Part shown: piece by piece, positions 22,265 to 33,875 of the stretch | Numbering within the stretch: the stretch's first letter is position 1 | Layout of the letters: every line of letters begins with the position of its first letter | Source of the DNA: Crocinitomicaceae bacterium | GTDB lineage: Bacteria > Bacteroidota > Bacteroidia > Flavobacteriales_D > Crocinitomicaceae | Length of the DNA: 64,000 nt | Direction: 5' to 3' | NCBI GenBank assembly: GCA_041392275.1 | Contig: JAWKMK010000008.1 | Coordinates: 18,327-82,326, forward strand | Translations under genes and position numbers: made by a program | Notes under the pieces: model-generated | What the model was told of the DNA's origin: nothing | Database searches by the model: none | The model's input: the letters and a program-made list of their open reading frames with translations, nothing else

Positions 22265-23347
22265 ATGAAAAAATTCAACAGAGAAATACCGTATAATGAC
22301 CTGCCTTTGCTACCGCCAAAAGCAGATGTTGAAACGAAAGAAATACTTCGTAAAACGATTTCGGCAGGTAGAGCGTTGGCTCAGTTGAACGGAACCTTGT
22401 TAAATTTACCAAATCCAACTTTGTTTTTAGACACGATTTATTTACAAGAAGCAAAAGCTAGTTCGGAGGTTGAAAACATTATCACAACAAACGATGAACT
22501 TTACAAATCGTTGGTTGCTGACAAAAAAGTGGATAATTCAGCCACCAAAGAAGTTTTGAGTTACAAAGAGGCACTTTGGTTGGGTTTGGAACAGTTAAAG
22601 AAAAAGCCATTTATCACAACCAACCTTTGCATAAGCATTGTTCAATGTATTAAACAAAATACCTCTTCAATTCGGGTAACGCCTGGAACAACTTTGAGTA
22701 ATACAAAAGGCGAAGTAATTTACACACCGCCAAGTGGCGAAGCCGTTATCCGTGAAAAATTGGCGAATTTGGAAAAATTCATCAATGAAGATGACACAAT
22801 AGACCCATTGATAAAAATGGCGTTAATGCACTATCAGTTTGAAGCAATCCACCCTTTTGCGGATGGTAATGGAAGAACAGGACGGATTTTATTATTACTA
22901 TACCTCAAACTTTCAGGATTACTTGACATACCAGCCATTTATTTGAGTGAATACATCATCAAAAACAAAGCGGATTATTACAAAAATTTGCGAAGTGTAA
23001 CCGATAATGATTGGGAAAGTTACATTCTGTATATGTTGGATATGATTGAAGAAACTTCAAACAAAGGCTTGGAGCGTTTGAATAAAATCACAACAGCAAT
23101 GGACAAAACAGCAAACGAAATCAAAACAAAATTGCCAAAAGTTTATTCCAAAGATTTGGTAGAGATTTTGTTCCGTTTGCCTTACACCAAACGCCAACAC
23201 TTGATTGTCGAAAACATTGGTAATCCGAAAACAGTTGGAAATTATCTGCAAACTTTGGAAGAAAACGGATTTTTGAAATCAGTTAAAGTTGGGAAAGAGA
23301 AATTGTATTTGAATGAAATGTTATTGAAAATTTTAGAGGAAAAATAA
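22265..23347 (+). CDS. Fic family protein (Fic/DOC N-terminal domain, Fic domain, C-terminal HTH)
   Basis: PYNDLPLLPP start; EAKASSEVEN inhibitory motif; HPFADGNGRTGR active site. Confidence 0.95.
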   Translation: MKKFNREIPYNDLPLLPPKADVETKEILRKTISAGRALAQLNGTLLNLPNPTLFLDTIYLQEAKASSEVENIITTNDELYKSLVADKKVDNSATKEVLSYKEALWLGLEQLKKKPFITTNLCISIVQCIKQNTSSIRVTPGTTLSNTKGEVIYTPPSGEAVIREKLANLEKFINEDDTIDPLIKMALMHYQFEAIHPFADGNGRTGRILLLLYLKLSGLLDIPAIYLSEYIIKNKADYYKNLRSVTDNDWESYILYMLDMIEETSNKGLERLNKITTAMDKTANEIKTKLPKVYSKDLVEILFRLPYTKRQHLIVENIGNPKTVGNYLQTLEENGFLKSVKVGKEKLYLNEMLLKILEEK

Positions 23348-23518
23348 AATATGCAAATAGAAACAATAACAAACATTGAAACAAAAGACGTTAAAATAAC
23401 CAGAGAAGGAATAAATGTAGCCTATTACGGAGATAGTGTTTTCAGAACCGAAGCAACACCTTCCATCTATGGTTTTCAATAAAATTGTAAGTTTTCCTCT
23501 TTGAAAAAAGACTTTTGA

Positions 23519-23556
23519 AAGTTACTTAGAGTTGAAGTAGATGTGTAGTTTAGTGA
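23519..23556 (+). repeat. 38-bp direct repeat, copy 2
   Basis: aagttacttagagttgaagtagatgtgtagtttagtga. Confidence 0.85.
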
Positions 23557-23565
23557 GAAAATAAG

Positions 23566-23600
23566 AAAAAGAGGCTGTCCATAAAAGACAGCCTCTTTGT
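23566..23600 (-). terminator. Rho-independent terminator downstream of hppD (possibly bidirectional)
   Basis: aaaaagaggctgtc-cataaaa-gacagcctctttgt. Confidence 0.8.
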
Positions 23601-23622
23601 ATTTTTTATTGATAGGAAAATA

Positions 23623-24776
<1,154 letters not shown>

Positions 24777-24810
24777 ACTCTCAACTTTTATATTTTTTAA
24801 ACACTCTTTC

Positions 24811-25970
24811 TTAATTATCTAACCACGTTTTGTAATACTCAGGATCGGCAATTTTAATCGCTTCTTCTATTTACCATCAATGGAGCAAATGTATCTACCA
24901 TTACAGCGTATTCTTCCGTGTCTTTTTTACCTATGCTTGCTTCGGCAGCACTCAGGTTGCAGACCATGTGTAAATCCTGCAGGATGCAATGTTATGTTAC
25001 CGCTTTTACGTGTGGACGCGACGTAGATTTTTCCTTCTACATAATGCAACAACTCATCCGAATCAATGTTGGAATGGTTGTATGGTGCGGAATTGCTTGT
25101 GGATGGTAGTCGAACAAACGCGGAACGAACGAACAAGTAACAGACAAGCCGTTTCAAAATGCTGGTGAATAGTTGGCGGCATGTGAATTCACCTGTAATT
25201 AGTTCAAAATCTTTAATATTGAACGCATACGGGAAGTTGTAGCCATCATATCCAATCACATCAAATGGATGAGCTGCAAAAATAACTTCAATTATTTCGT
25301 CATTTTTCTTTGTTTTCATCAAGAAATCACCCAATTCATCGTGCGATTCTAACTCTTCAGGAAAACGGAAATCGCGTTCGCAAAATGGCGAATGTTCTAA
25401 CAATTGTCCAAAATTATTTCTGTAACGTTTTGGCGTAAAAAACGGATCTTTTGATTCAACAATCAACAAACGGTTGTCGTCTGTATCAAATTCTATTTGG
25501 TAAATGGTGCCTCGTGGAATAATTAAATAATCGCCATAACCAAAGTCTAAATTCCCTAAAAATGTACGTAATTTACCTGAACCTTTGTGAATGAAAATTA
25601 ATTCATCAGCTCCCGTGTTCTTGTAAAAATAATCCATTGTTTTGTTCGTCGGCGCTGCAAGCACAACATAAGTTGAACTATTAGCAAAAACTATCTTACG
25701 CGATTCTAAGAAGTCGGGTGTTGGTGGAACTTGAAAACCTTCTAATAAATATGGTTTTACGTTGTTCTTATCTACAATTTTTGGAGCAACTGAATAAGCT
25801 TTTCCATAACTTTTAATCATCGTTGGGCGATGAATGTGGTACATGTTGGTGTACACTCCAGCAAATCCTGCAGTACAAAATAACTCTTCATAGTATAAAT
25901 TGCCATCGTCTTTTCGGAACTGAATGTGTCGTTTTGGTGGAATTTTCCCCAATTTGTGATATACAGGCAT
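24811..25970 (-). CDS. hmgA: Homogentisate 1,2-dioxygenase (frameshifted near the C-terminus)
   Basis: MPVYHKLGKIPPKRH, HSPFCERD, HPFDVIGYDG and PYNHSNIDSDE motifs; ends ADPEYYKTWLDN-stop at 24811. Confidence 0.93.
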
Positions 25971-26177
25971 TTTTTAGATTTTTATAGTTTATTAGATTTC
26001 TTTTTATTTCAAAACAAATATAACTAAAAAAAAAGCGCTGATTCGTGAATGTGTAATTATTAACAAAGATTTTGGGTTTTGTGATAATATAAAAAAACAA
26101 CTGCTAGAGCAATTATCAAATTTCTTAATATTTCTTAAGATTTATTGAACTCAATTATTTTTTGTAATTTAGCAGAA

Positions 26178-26480
26178 ATGAACAACTTTATGAAATTTAA
26201 ATTATTTATCGTAGGAGCTTTAGTATTAGCTTCATGTAGTCCTAAAACAACAGCAGACTCAAAAGAAAAATCGATGGAATTTCCAAATGCAAAAGTGGAA
26301 GAAGGATATGGATTGTATGCTCAACATTGTGTAAAATGCCACAAATGGAAAAAAGTGGATAATTTTACACGTGAACAGTGGGATAAAATTCTTCCTGCAA
26401 TGGCAAAAAAAGCTAAAATTTCTGCTGAATTGGAAGCAACTATTAACGAGTATGTTAACTGGGAGTTAAGCAAAAAGTAA
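26178..26480 (+). CDS. Small monoheme cytochrome c lipoprotein
   Basis: LASC lipobox; CVKCH heme motif; W-x-K-I-L-P-A-M distal Met. Confidence 0.85.
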   Translation: MNNFMKFKLFIVGALVLASCSPKTTADSKEKSMEFPNAKVEEGYGLYAQHCVKCHKWKKVDNFTREQWDKILPAMAKKAKISAELEATINEYVNWELSKK

Positions 26481-26496
26481 TGAATTAAAAAAATGA

Positions 26497-26536
26497 AAAG
26501 AGGTAACTAAAGGATTGAAAGTTGCCTCTTTTTTTT
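26497..26536 (+). terminator. Rho-independent terminator after the cytochrome c gene
   Basis: aaagaggtaact...agttgcctctttttttt. Confidence 0.65.
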
Positions 26537-26547
26537 ATGAAATAGAG

Positions 26548-27609
26548 ATGGATTTAAAAGAATTGGTAATTATTGATGCTTCTACCGTTTTGGCTGGACC
26601 ATCAGTAGGGATGTTTTTTGCAGAATTAGGTGCCAAAGTTATAAAAGTAGAACACCCACTACATGGCGATGTTACTCGTAAATGGAAATTGCCTACAGAG
26701 GATAAAAACAGTTCTGTTTCTGCCTATTTTTCGGCTGTCAACTACAAAAAAGAATATCAAAAATTAGATTATACAGTTGAAGCAGATTATAATCAATTTT
26801 TAAAGTTAATTGAACAAGCCGATATTTTAATTACCAATTTTAAAAAAGGTGATGCTGAAAAATTTAACCTAACGGATGACGTGCTTTTTGCAAAAAATCC
26901 CCAACTCATTCACGGAAAAATTTCTGGTTTTGGCAAACATTCTGACAGGGTGGCTTATGACTTAATTGTGCAAGCAGAATCAGGTTTTATGAGTATGAAT
27001 GGAACACCAGAAAGTGGTCCTGTTAAAATGCCCGTTGCTTTAATTGATGTGTTGACTGCTCACCAATTAAAAGAAGGTTTATTAGTAGCTTTAATTAACA
27101 GAATATCAACAAATAAGAGTTATGTTGTTGAAGCTTCACTTTATGAATCAGCAGTGGCAAGTTTAATCAACCAAGCAACCAATTATTTGCACGAAAAATT
27201 CATACCGCAACGCATCGGAAGCTTGCATCCTAACATTGCACCTTATGGCGAAATTTTTAAGACAAAAGACCAACACTACATCACATTTGCCATTGGAAGC
27301 AACACACATTTTGAAAAGTTGTGTAGCTTTTTAAATTTGTCGGAGTTGATTAAAGACGCTCGTTTTTCTGACAATCAATCGCGAGTGATTAATCGTTTTT
27401 TACTAAAAGATATCTTGCAAGCTAAAATTGAACTTGTTGCTGCCGATGAAATTTTAGAAGCTATGCACCGATTGTTTGTCCCAGTTGGAAAAATCAAAGC
27501 ATTGGATGAAGTGTTGAACGATAAAAACACCCAACATTTGGTGCTTGAAGAGCAAATTGATGGTGTGCCTACCAAACGGTTGAAATCAGTGGTTTTTCAT
27601 TTGAATTAG
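26548..27609 (+). CDS. CaiB/BaiF family III CoA-transferase
   Basis: LAGP, ELGAKVIKVE, GDVTR, YDLIVQAESG and PYG motifs. Confidence 0.93.
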   Translation: MDLKELVIIDASTVLAGPSVGMFFAELGAKVIKVEHPLHGDVTRKWKLPTEDKNSSVSAYFSAVNYKKEYQKLDYTVEADYNQFLKLIEQADILITNFKKGDAEKFNLTDDVLFAKNPQLIHGKISGFGKHSDRVAYDLIVQAESGFMSMNGTPESGPVKMPVALIDVLTAHQLKEGLLVALINRISTNKSYVVEASLYESAVASLINQATNYLHEKFIPQRIGSLHPNIAPYGEIFKTKDQHYITFAIGSNTHFEKLCSFLNLSELIKDARFSDNQSRVINRFLLKDILQAKIELVAADEILEAMHRLFVPVGKIKALDEVLNDKNTQHLVLEEQIDGVPTKRLKSVVFHLN

Positions 27610-28046
27610 ATGGAATTTAGACGCCACAAACAGCCCAAGAATGGCAAGATTACTACGATTTGCGTTATCGATTATTACGCCAACCATGGAAACAACCCAA
27701 AGGAAGCGAACAAAATGAAGGAGATGTAATAGCGCAACATTTTGCTTTGTATGACCATAAAAAGTTAGTGGCTGTGGCACGTTTGGATGCAATGGAAAAC
27801 CGTGTTTTTCAAGTTCGTTTCTTTGCTGTTGAGCAAACAGAGCAGAACAAGGGTTATGGTAAAAAATTGATGCACTCAATTGAACAAGTTGTGCTCCAAC
27901 AACAAGGACAAAAAATAATTTTACAGGCGCGTGAAAATGCACTACCATTTTACAGCAAATTAGGCTATCAAACAGTGGAGAAAACCCACCTTTTGTTTGG
28001 TGAAATTCAACATTTCCTAATGGTTAAAACATTGAAATCCATTTAA
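27610..28046 (+). CDS. GNAT family N-acetyltransferase (N-terminal frameshift)
   Basis: LRYRLLRQPW, QNKGYGKKL and ARENALPFYSKLGY motifs; ATG at 27610 is out of frame with ORF 27660..28046. Confidence 0.88.
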
Positions 28047-28168
28047 GAATCTAGGCAAATAATTTGTTTGTAAAACACCATTTCTAGCGAAAACAAGGAT
28101 AATAGTTCCACGTAAACGAAAAAGGAATGTCTCCAAATATCAAACAGCCTCTTCTCTATCTTTTTATG

Positions 28169-28876
28169 CTAGTTTTTCACTTCTGAAAAGAAACTTTCTA
28201 ACTCTTTTAATGTTTCTGGGGTTGTTTGAATATCTCTAACAATATTTCCTTTTTCCAAGACAACAATTCTCTGACAAACTTCGGTTGTGTGACTTAAATC
28301 GTGACTAGAAATCAGCAAAGTTTGCTTCCCTTCATCGGCGATGGATTTAAAAATTGCTTTTAGACGGAATTGAGTTGTTGGATCCAAATTAGCAAAAGGT
28401 TCATCCAAAATAATTACTTCTGGATTGCCAATCATAGCGCCAATAACACCAATTTTCTTTTGATTTCCTTTGGAATAATCGCGAATGTATTTCTTTTGGT
28501 TCAATATTTCACCGTTAAAAAAATCTGCAAACTGACTTAAAAATGCGTCCACATCAGGTTTTGCAACACCTCTCAATTCGCCAATGAAATAGAAATATTC
28601 TTCGGATGTGAGGTATGTAATTAAAAAACTATCGTCTAAAAAAGCACTCGTAAAAGGTTTCCAATCCTCGCTTTTGTTGACTTGAACACCGTTGTTTACA
28701 ATAATTCCTTTTGATGGCGAGATTAAATCCAACAGCAAACTAAAAAAGGTAGTTTTTCCAGCACCATTATTGCCCACCAAACCAAAACTTGTCCTTTTTC
28801 GATGGTTAATTGCGGAATGTCTAACACACATTTCGTTATATTTTTTTTGAAGTTCGTTGACCTGTATCATACTCAT
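28169..28876 (-). CDS. ABC transporter ATP-binding protein
   Basis: GNNGAGKTT, YSKGNQKK, ILDEPFANLD and SSH motifs. Confidence 0.92.
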   Translation of the reverse strand: MSMIQVNELQKKYNEMCVRHSAINHRKRTSFGLVGNNGAGKTTFFSLLLDLISPSKGIIVNNGVQVNKSEDWKPFTSAFLDDSFLITYLTSEEYFYFIGELRGVAKPDVDAFLSQFADFFNGEILNQKKYIRDYSKGNQKKIGVIGAMIGNPEVIILDEPFANLDPTTQFRLKAIFKSIADEGKQTLLISSHDLSHTTEVCQRIVVLEKGNIVRDIQTTPETLKELESFFSEVKN

Positions 28877-30335
28877 CCTTTTTGTTTATATGCTTGAATT
28901 GTACTGTATTTCTTTTGTTTATAAACTTTTTCAATCAATGTAAAAAATGCAATTTCTTAAAAAACTAAGCCTAACAAACCAAATGCTGCTAAGACCCCAA
29001 AAATCCAACTGTTTTGCCTCCAAGTTGATGGAATCCCTATAAAACAGCAATTGGTAATAATATTTTGGGATAGTCAATAAAATGGATTGCACATTAAACG
29101 AGCTTTTATCTCCAAAAGGCTTTCTTACCCGTTGTTAAATCAATATAGGAGTTTTTACATAAGCTCCACCAAGAGTACAATGTAGGCGTTGATGCTAATG
29201 TTGTAGATTCCACCAGCTAAACAAAGAATAATACCAGGCTCAATAAACCAATAAAAGAAAATCTAACATAGAAAATGCTGTTGAAACAATGAGCCACCAT
29301 TTGGAAGTCAAGTATTCTTTGTAGCGGATGTTTTGACTCATCATCAACGATAATAAGCACTGTCCCAGCTTGGTACAAATCCACCGAATGTAAAACAAAA
29401 CCTCCAGGTACAAATACACCAATAAAAATCAACCAAAAAATGGAGTTTTCATACATTTCATTGGTCATAATCAGCAAGCCATAAAACAAAAAGAAAATAC
29501 TTATGATGAGGGTATTTTTGGAGCGTTTATTTCTTAAAATTAAAAGGATATCGTTTTTAAGAAATGTGCCCATTAGCCCATATTTATTGAGCCATGAATA
29601 ATCATTATTGCCAGCAACTGTTGTTTTGACTTGCACAGCATCATCTAAATAAAGTGCTTTGAAATAGTGATTAAAATTATAGCGGTATAAAAACACCAAA
29701 AGCGCAATAAAGGCAAGCGCTAACCACGGATAGAGGTACAAAGCACCAAAAAACGCACGTGAATACAATGTAATTGAAAAAATATGAAAATAATCCAATC
29801 CTACTAAAACAGCCAAAACGCCAATGGCTCCAATTAAAAAACGTTCTTTATTGTTGGCCAATAAGTTGATGTAATTATTGCAATAAGTAATGGCAAAAAT
29901 TGCAACGTGCCATGCCAAAACATTTAGGATGGAATAGCCATTATAAACCATTGCCACCGAAAAAGGTAAAAAGAAAAAAGCAGGATAAATATTAAAAAAA
30001 GATAAAGCCGATTTACGCAATAAATAATGGGTAATTTTTCTTTTTGAAATTGGCAAAGCTAAAAATGGCTTCACCCACATAACGGGCGCTTTTTGAAGGA
30101 AATAGCGAAAAACCAAATCAAACAGCCACCAATAAATCAAAAATTGATTCACGCCTTGCAAGGGTTGTATTTTTTCTTCTGCAAAAGCATAATAGGCTGC
30201 TATCCCTAACAACAGAATCATCAGAGAATAAAATGCAGCAATAATTCCTAAAATTATTTTTAGTGCTAAATTGGTAGTAAAAGAAGCTGATCTAGTAAAA
30301 GATTTCCACTCCAACCGAAGAAACATGTTTATCAT
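28873..30335 (-). CDS. DUF5687 family ABC permease-like membrane protein (frameshifted)
   Basis: LEWKSFTRS start, multiple TMs, LILRNKR; continues in other frames to KYSTIQAYKQKG-stop, overlapping the ABC ATPase start. Confidence 0.8.
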
Positions 30336-30402
30336 CAAGCGTTAGTTTGTTTTTCAAATATAAGCATTGAAATTTAACAACTAACAACTTAAAACGAAAA
30401 AA

Positions 30403-31569
30403 CTAGTTGCTTGTCAGCTGAATTTTAGTTTCTGGAGTTTTATTCCAATCAAACAACTGGCGGTGAAACGGAAATTCTTCGGCCAATTCACCCGAATAGT
30501 AAAAATCAAATGCTACAGAACCAAACGTATGTTCTGTGTCGTTAATTTTAAAGTTGGAGCCACCTGCTTCTGGATTTTTCTTAGGTTTTGATTTCTGATA
30601 ACCTAAATTAAACAACGATGCAAAAATTTCTGGTCGGTAACTAATTGGAAATCCTGCTCTCTCCCACTGCGCATTAATTTGACGCACATATAATGCAGCA
30701 TATAAATAGGAATAATAATGGTTAGAAAATTGCACCAATCGTTGCAAACGAACGCTCATCGTATCATTAAGATTGTTGGTATAATTGGCCAAAGAATCAT
30801 AATCCAATACATTTTCATATTCTTCGCCTAAATAAAACGGAGAATTTTTGTCTTTCAAATAATTTTCAATTTTTATGGCCGTACTTTCCTTAATTCCAGT
30901 AACACCAAAGGATAAATTGGTTTCTAAAGCCAATGTTTTTAATGGTGCAATGTATTCTTTAAAACGTTCTCTACGCGAATTAAACAAGCGTACTTGCTCA
31001 CCTACCAAACAAGCTACAATCAAACGTGGAGATACACCCGAAACAACAGCTGCAGAATCAATCCATTTTTTATCTTTAACCAATGCTTCTTTAAAATATT
31101 TCCATTCTTGCACATTCATCCATTTAAACGCACTCAAGCCAGTTGATTGGGTATTGGAATTTAATTTTGCGTTTAATTCTCTACGTTCTTTTTGGTATTT
31201 TTTATTATCAACCAATTGAAGTTCAACGGCATCCAACATTTGAAGTGCAATTTTATCATCTTTTGATTTTTCATAAGCACTAAAAATATATTCGGCATTT
31301 ACAGGGTAATAATCGTTCAATAAAATGATGCGATTCAAAATTTCATGGCGACGTTTAGAAACTGAAACACTGTCTACTTTAAATCCCTGGTTATATTTAT
31401 CGTGCATGGATTGAAAATAACGGTTGTTTTTATCCACCATTCCACCTTCTTTTGTCCACTGAAATTTCATCGCCAAATAGGTCAACACCAAAAAGAAACC
31501 ATAAGCAGCAAAGCCGTATAGAGCAATTGTATAAGGAATTTTAAACCATTTACTTTTTAAAAAATTCAT
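30403..31569 (-). CDS. Membrane-anchored protein with a lysozyme/lytic-transglycosylase-like (DUF1402-like) C-terminal domain
   Basis: N-terminal TM; AAVVSGVSPRLIVACLVGEQ, SFGVTGIK and GFPISYRPEIFASLFNLG segments. Confidence 0.55.
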   Translation of the reverse strand: MNFLKSKWFKIPYTIALYGFAAYGFFLVLTYLAMKFQWTKEGGMVDKNNRYFQSMHDKYNQGFKVDSVSVSKRRHEILNRIILLNDYYPVNAEYIFSAYEKSKDDKIALQMLDAVELQLVDNKKYQKERRELNAKLNSNTQSTGLSAFKWMNVQEWKYFKEALVKDKKWIDSAAVVSGVSPRLIVACLVGEQVRLFNSRRERFKEYIAPLKTLALETNLSFGVTGIKESTAIKIENYLKDKNSPFYLGEEYENVLDYDSLANYTNNLNDTMSVRLQRLVQFSNHYYSYLYAALYVRQINAQWERAGFPISYRPEIFASLFNLGYQKSKPKKNPEAGGSNFKINDTEHTFGSVAFDFYYSGELAEEFPFHRQLFDWNKTPETKIQLTSN

Positions 31570-31697
31570 CGCACTTTTGTTAAAGAATTCGCAAAATTAA
31601 TGAATAAAGAATTGTATTTCACATTCTTCAACTGTTTTATTTTATTTTGATTTTTTTTCTTAACTTTCGTTTTTATTATGAAACTAAATTTAATAGT

Positions 31698-33752
31698 ATG
31701 AAGAAAACATTACTTTTAATAGGTGGGTTAGTTTTACTCAACTCAGCTGTTTTTTCTCAAATTTTTACCGATAATTTTGACAGCTATACTGCTGGTGATT
31801 TTTTGGTAAGTTCCAACCCTGTTGATTGGAGTACTTGGTCTGGTGGTGCTGGTGGAAGTACTGAAGATACAAAGATTTCTAGCACACAGGCAGCAAGTGC
31901 ACCCAACTCGGTGTATTTTAGCTCTACGGCTGCAAATGGTGGTCCATCCGACATTATTTTGAAATTTGACGAAGTATATACTTCTGGTGTTTTCACACTG
32001 GAAGCCAACTATTTTGTTGAATCTGGTAAAGGAGCTTATTTTAACTTGCAGCAAGACCATACACCTGGAAACATTTGGGCGTTGGATTGTTATATGAACA
32101 ATGCTGGAACAATCAAGTTCAAAGGAAACAACAATTCTGTAACGTTGTTAACCGGAACTTATCCAACCAATACTTGGTTTAATTTGAAATTAACTATTGA
32201 TTTGACTAGCAATTTATGGGAGGTTTTTATTGATGGTACAAGCATCGGTTCGTTTTCAAATGCCATTTCATCGATTGGAATTTGGGATATCTATCCTGTA
32301 AATCCAACTGGTGAAGGAGGAAATAATCAAGCAGGATTTTACATTGATGATGTTAGTTATAGTCACACACCTGCTTCACTATTACCTTTAAATGCGGGTG
32401 TTTCTTACGTGGAGCAAGTTGAAGGATTGGTTGGTCAAACAGGAAGTGTAACTGCAAAAGTGCGTAACTTAGGTACAACTGCAATCACTTCATTTGATTT
32501 AGAGTATACGTATAACGGAAACACTGTAACAGAATCCATCACAAGTGTAAACATAGCAAGTTTGGCATTTTACAATTATACATTTACAGCACCAATCACT
32601 TTAATTGCTGGAAACAACCCATTAACTGTTAAGGTTAAAAATGTTAATGGTAATGCAAACGACGATGATGCTACTGATGATGCTAAAACAGTGAATTTGA
32701 ATCCTGTTGTTCCAACTGCTGGAAAAATTGTTGTAGGTGAAGAAGGAACAGGTACATGGTGTGGATGGTGTCCACGTGGTGCTGTATTTATGGATATGAT
32801 GGCTGATAAATACGATGGTTTTTGGGCAGGTATTGCCGTTCACAATGGAGACCCAATGGTAGATGCTGTATATGATGCAGGTATGGCTACAAAAGTTTCT
32901 GGCTATCCAAGTGCTTTGGTTGACCGTGGAGCTACTATTGACCCATCACAAATGGAAACAGATTTTATTACACGTATTACTCAACCAATTAAAGCTGTTT
33001 TAACAAATGGAGCAACATTTAATAGCACAACACGCGAATTAAAAGTGAGTGTAAAATATGTGTTTAATGGAACTGTTCCTACATCGTGGAAAGTGGCTTG
33101 TGCATTAACAGAAGACGATGTAACTGGAAGTGGTAGCGGTTACAACCAAGCAAACTATTATACAGGAGGTGGTAGTGGTGTTATGGGTGGTTTTGAAACT
33201 TTACCTAACCCTGTACCAGCAGCACAAATGGTATACAACCACGTAGCTCGTAAAATTGAACCTTCATTTGCTGGTGGCTCAGGTTTATTACCTTCTGGTA
33301 TAACAGCTGGAACTGAACATACGGTGTGTTTTACATTCATTTTACCTGCAACATGGGATGAAACAAAAATGCACATTGTGGGAATGTTGATTGAAAACAA
33401 TGGTAAAATAAACAATGCAAGCTACTCTTCTGTTTCAGATGCAGTTACAGCAGGTTTATTTCCTTGTGGCTCAACAGCAGGAAGTAGTGAAATAACTTCA
33501 GAAGAGGCTGGATTTGTACTTTATCCAAATCCTACAAACGATATGGCATTTATTGATTTGTTTGAATTAAACAACGAAACAATTCATTTGTCAATCACTG
33601 ATTTATCAGGAAAAGTAATTTCTGAACGTTCGTATGAATTGAATGGCAACGTTAGTTTACCAATCAATACAACAACTTTTGCAGAAGGAACTTACATTGT
33701 AACATTGCAAAGAAATGGTTCTATCCAACAAAAGAAATTGATTGTTAGATAA
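31698..33752 (+). CDS. Omp28-related thioredoxin-like protein with T9SS C-terminal sorting domain
   Basis: Signal peptide; beta-sandwich and CARDB-like domains; EEGTGTWCGWCPRG, IAVH, GYPS and YNHVAR motifs; LYPNPT...GTYIV...KKLIVR CTD. Confidence 0.9.
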   Translation: MKKTLLLIGGLVLLNSAVFSQIFTDNFDSYTAGDFLVSSNPVDWSTWSGGAGGSTEDTKISSTQAASAPNSVYFSSTAANGGPSDIILKFDEVYTSGVFTLEANYFVESGKGAYFNLQQDHTPGNIWALDCYMNNAGTIKFKGNNNSVTLLTGTYPTNTWFNLKLTIDLTSNLWEVFIDGTSIGSFSNAISSIGIWDIYPVNPTGEGGNNQAGFYIDDVSYSHTPASLLPLNAGVSYVEQVEGLVGQTGSVTAKVRNLGTTAITSFDLEYTYNGNTVTESITSVNIASLAFYNYTFTAPITLIAGNNPLTVKVKNVNGNANDDDATDDAKTVNLNPVVPTAGKIVVGEEGTGTWCGWCPRGAVFMDMMADKYDGFWAGIAVHNGDPMVDAVYDAGMATKVSGYPSALVDRGATIDPSQMETDFITRITQPIKAVLTNGATFNSTTRELKVSVKYVFNGTVPTSWKVACALTEDDVTGSGSGYNQANYYTGGGSGVMGGFETLPNPVPAAQMVYNHVARKIEPSFAGGSGLLPSGITAGTEHTVCFTFILPATWDETKMHIVGMLIENNGKINNASYSSVSDAVTAGLFPCGSTAGSSEITSEEAGFVLYPNPTNDMAFIDLFELNNETIHLSITDLSGKVISERSYELNGNVSLPINTTTFAEGTYIVTLQRNGSIQQKKLIVR

Positions 33753-33773
33753 CTCAATTGATTTTAAAATTGA

Positions 33774-33805
33774 AAAGCCGATGAAGTTGATTCATCGGCT
33801 TTTTT
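33774..33805 (+). terminator. Rho-independent terminator of the Omp28-like gene
   Basis: aaaagccgatgaa-gttga-ttcatcggctttttt. Confidence 0.85.
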
Positions 33806-33820
33806 ATTGGTAATTCACAT

Positions 33821-33857
33821 AAAAAAATAGTTGCCCTTTATTGAGCAACTATTTTTC
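33821..33857 (-). terminator. Terminator of the convergent RND operon
   Basis: aaaaaaatagttgc-cctttattga-gcaactatttttc. Confidence 0.75.
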
Positions 33858-33875
33858 TTTGTAGTATATGTAGGA

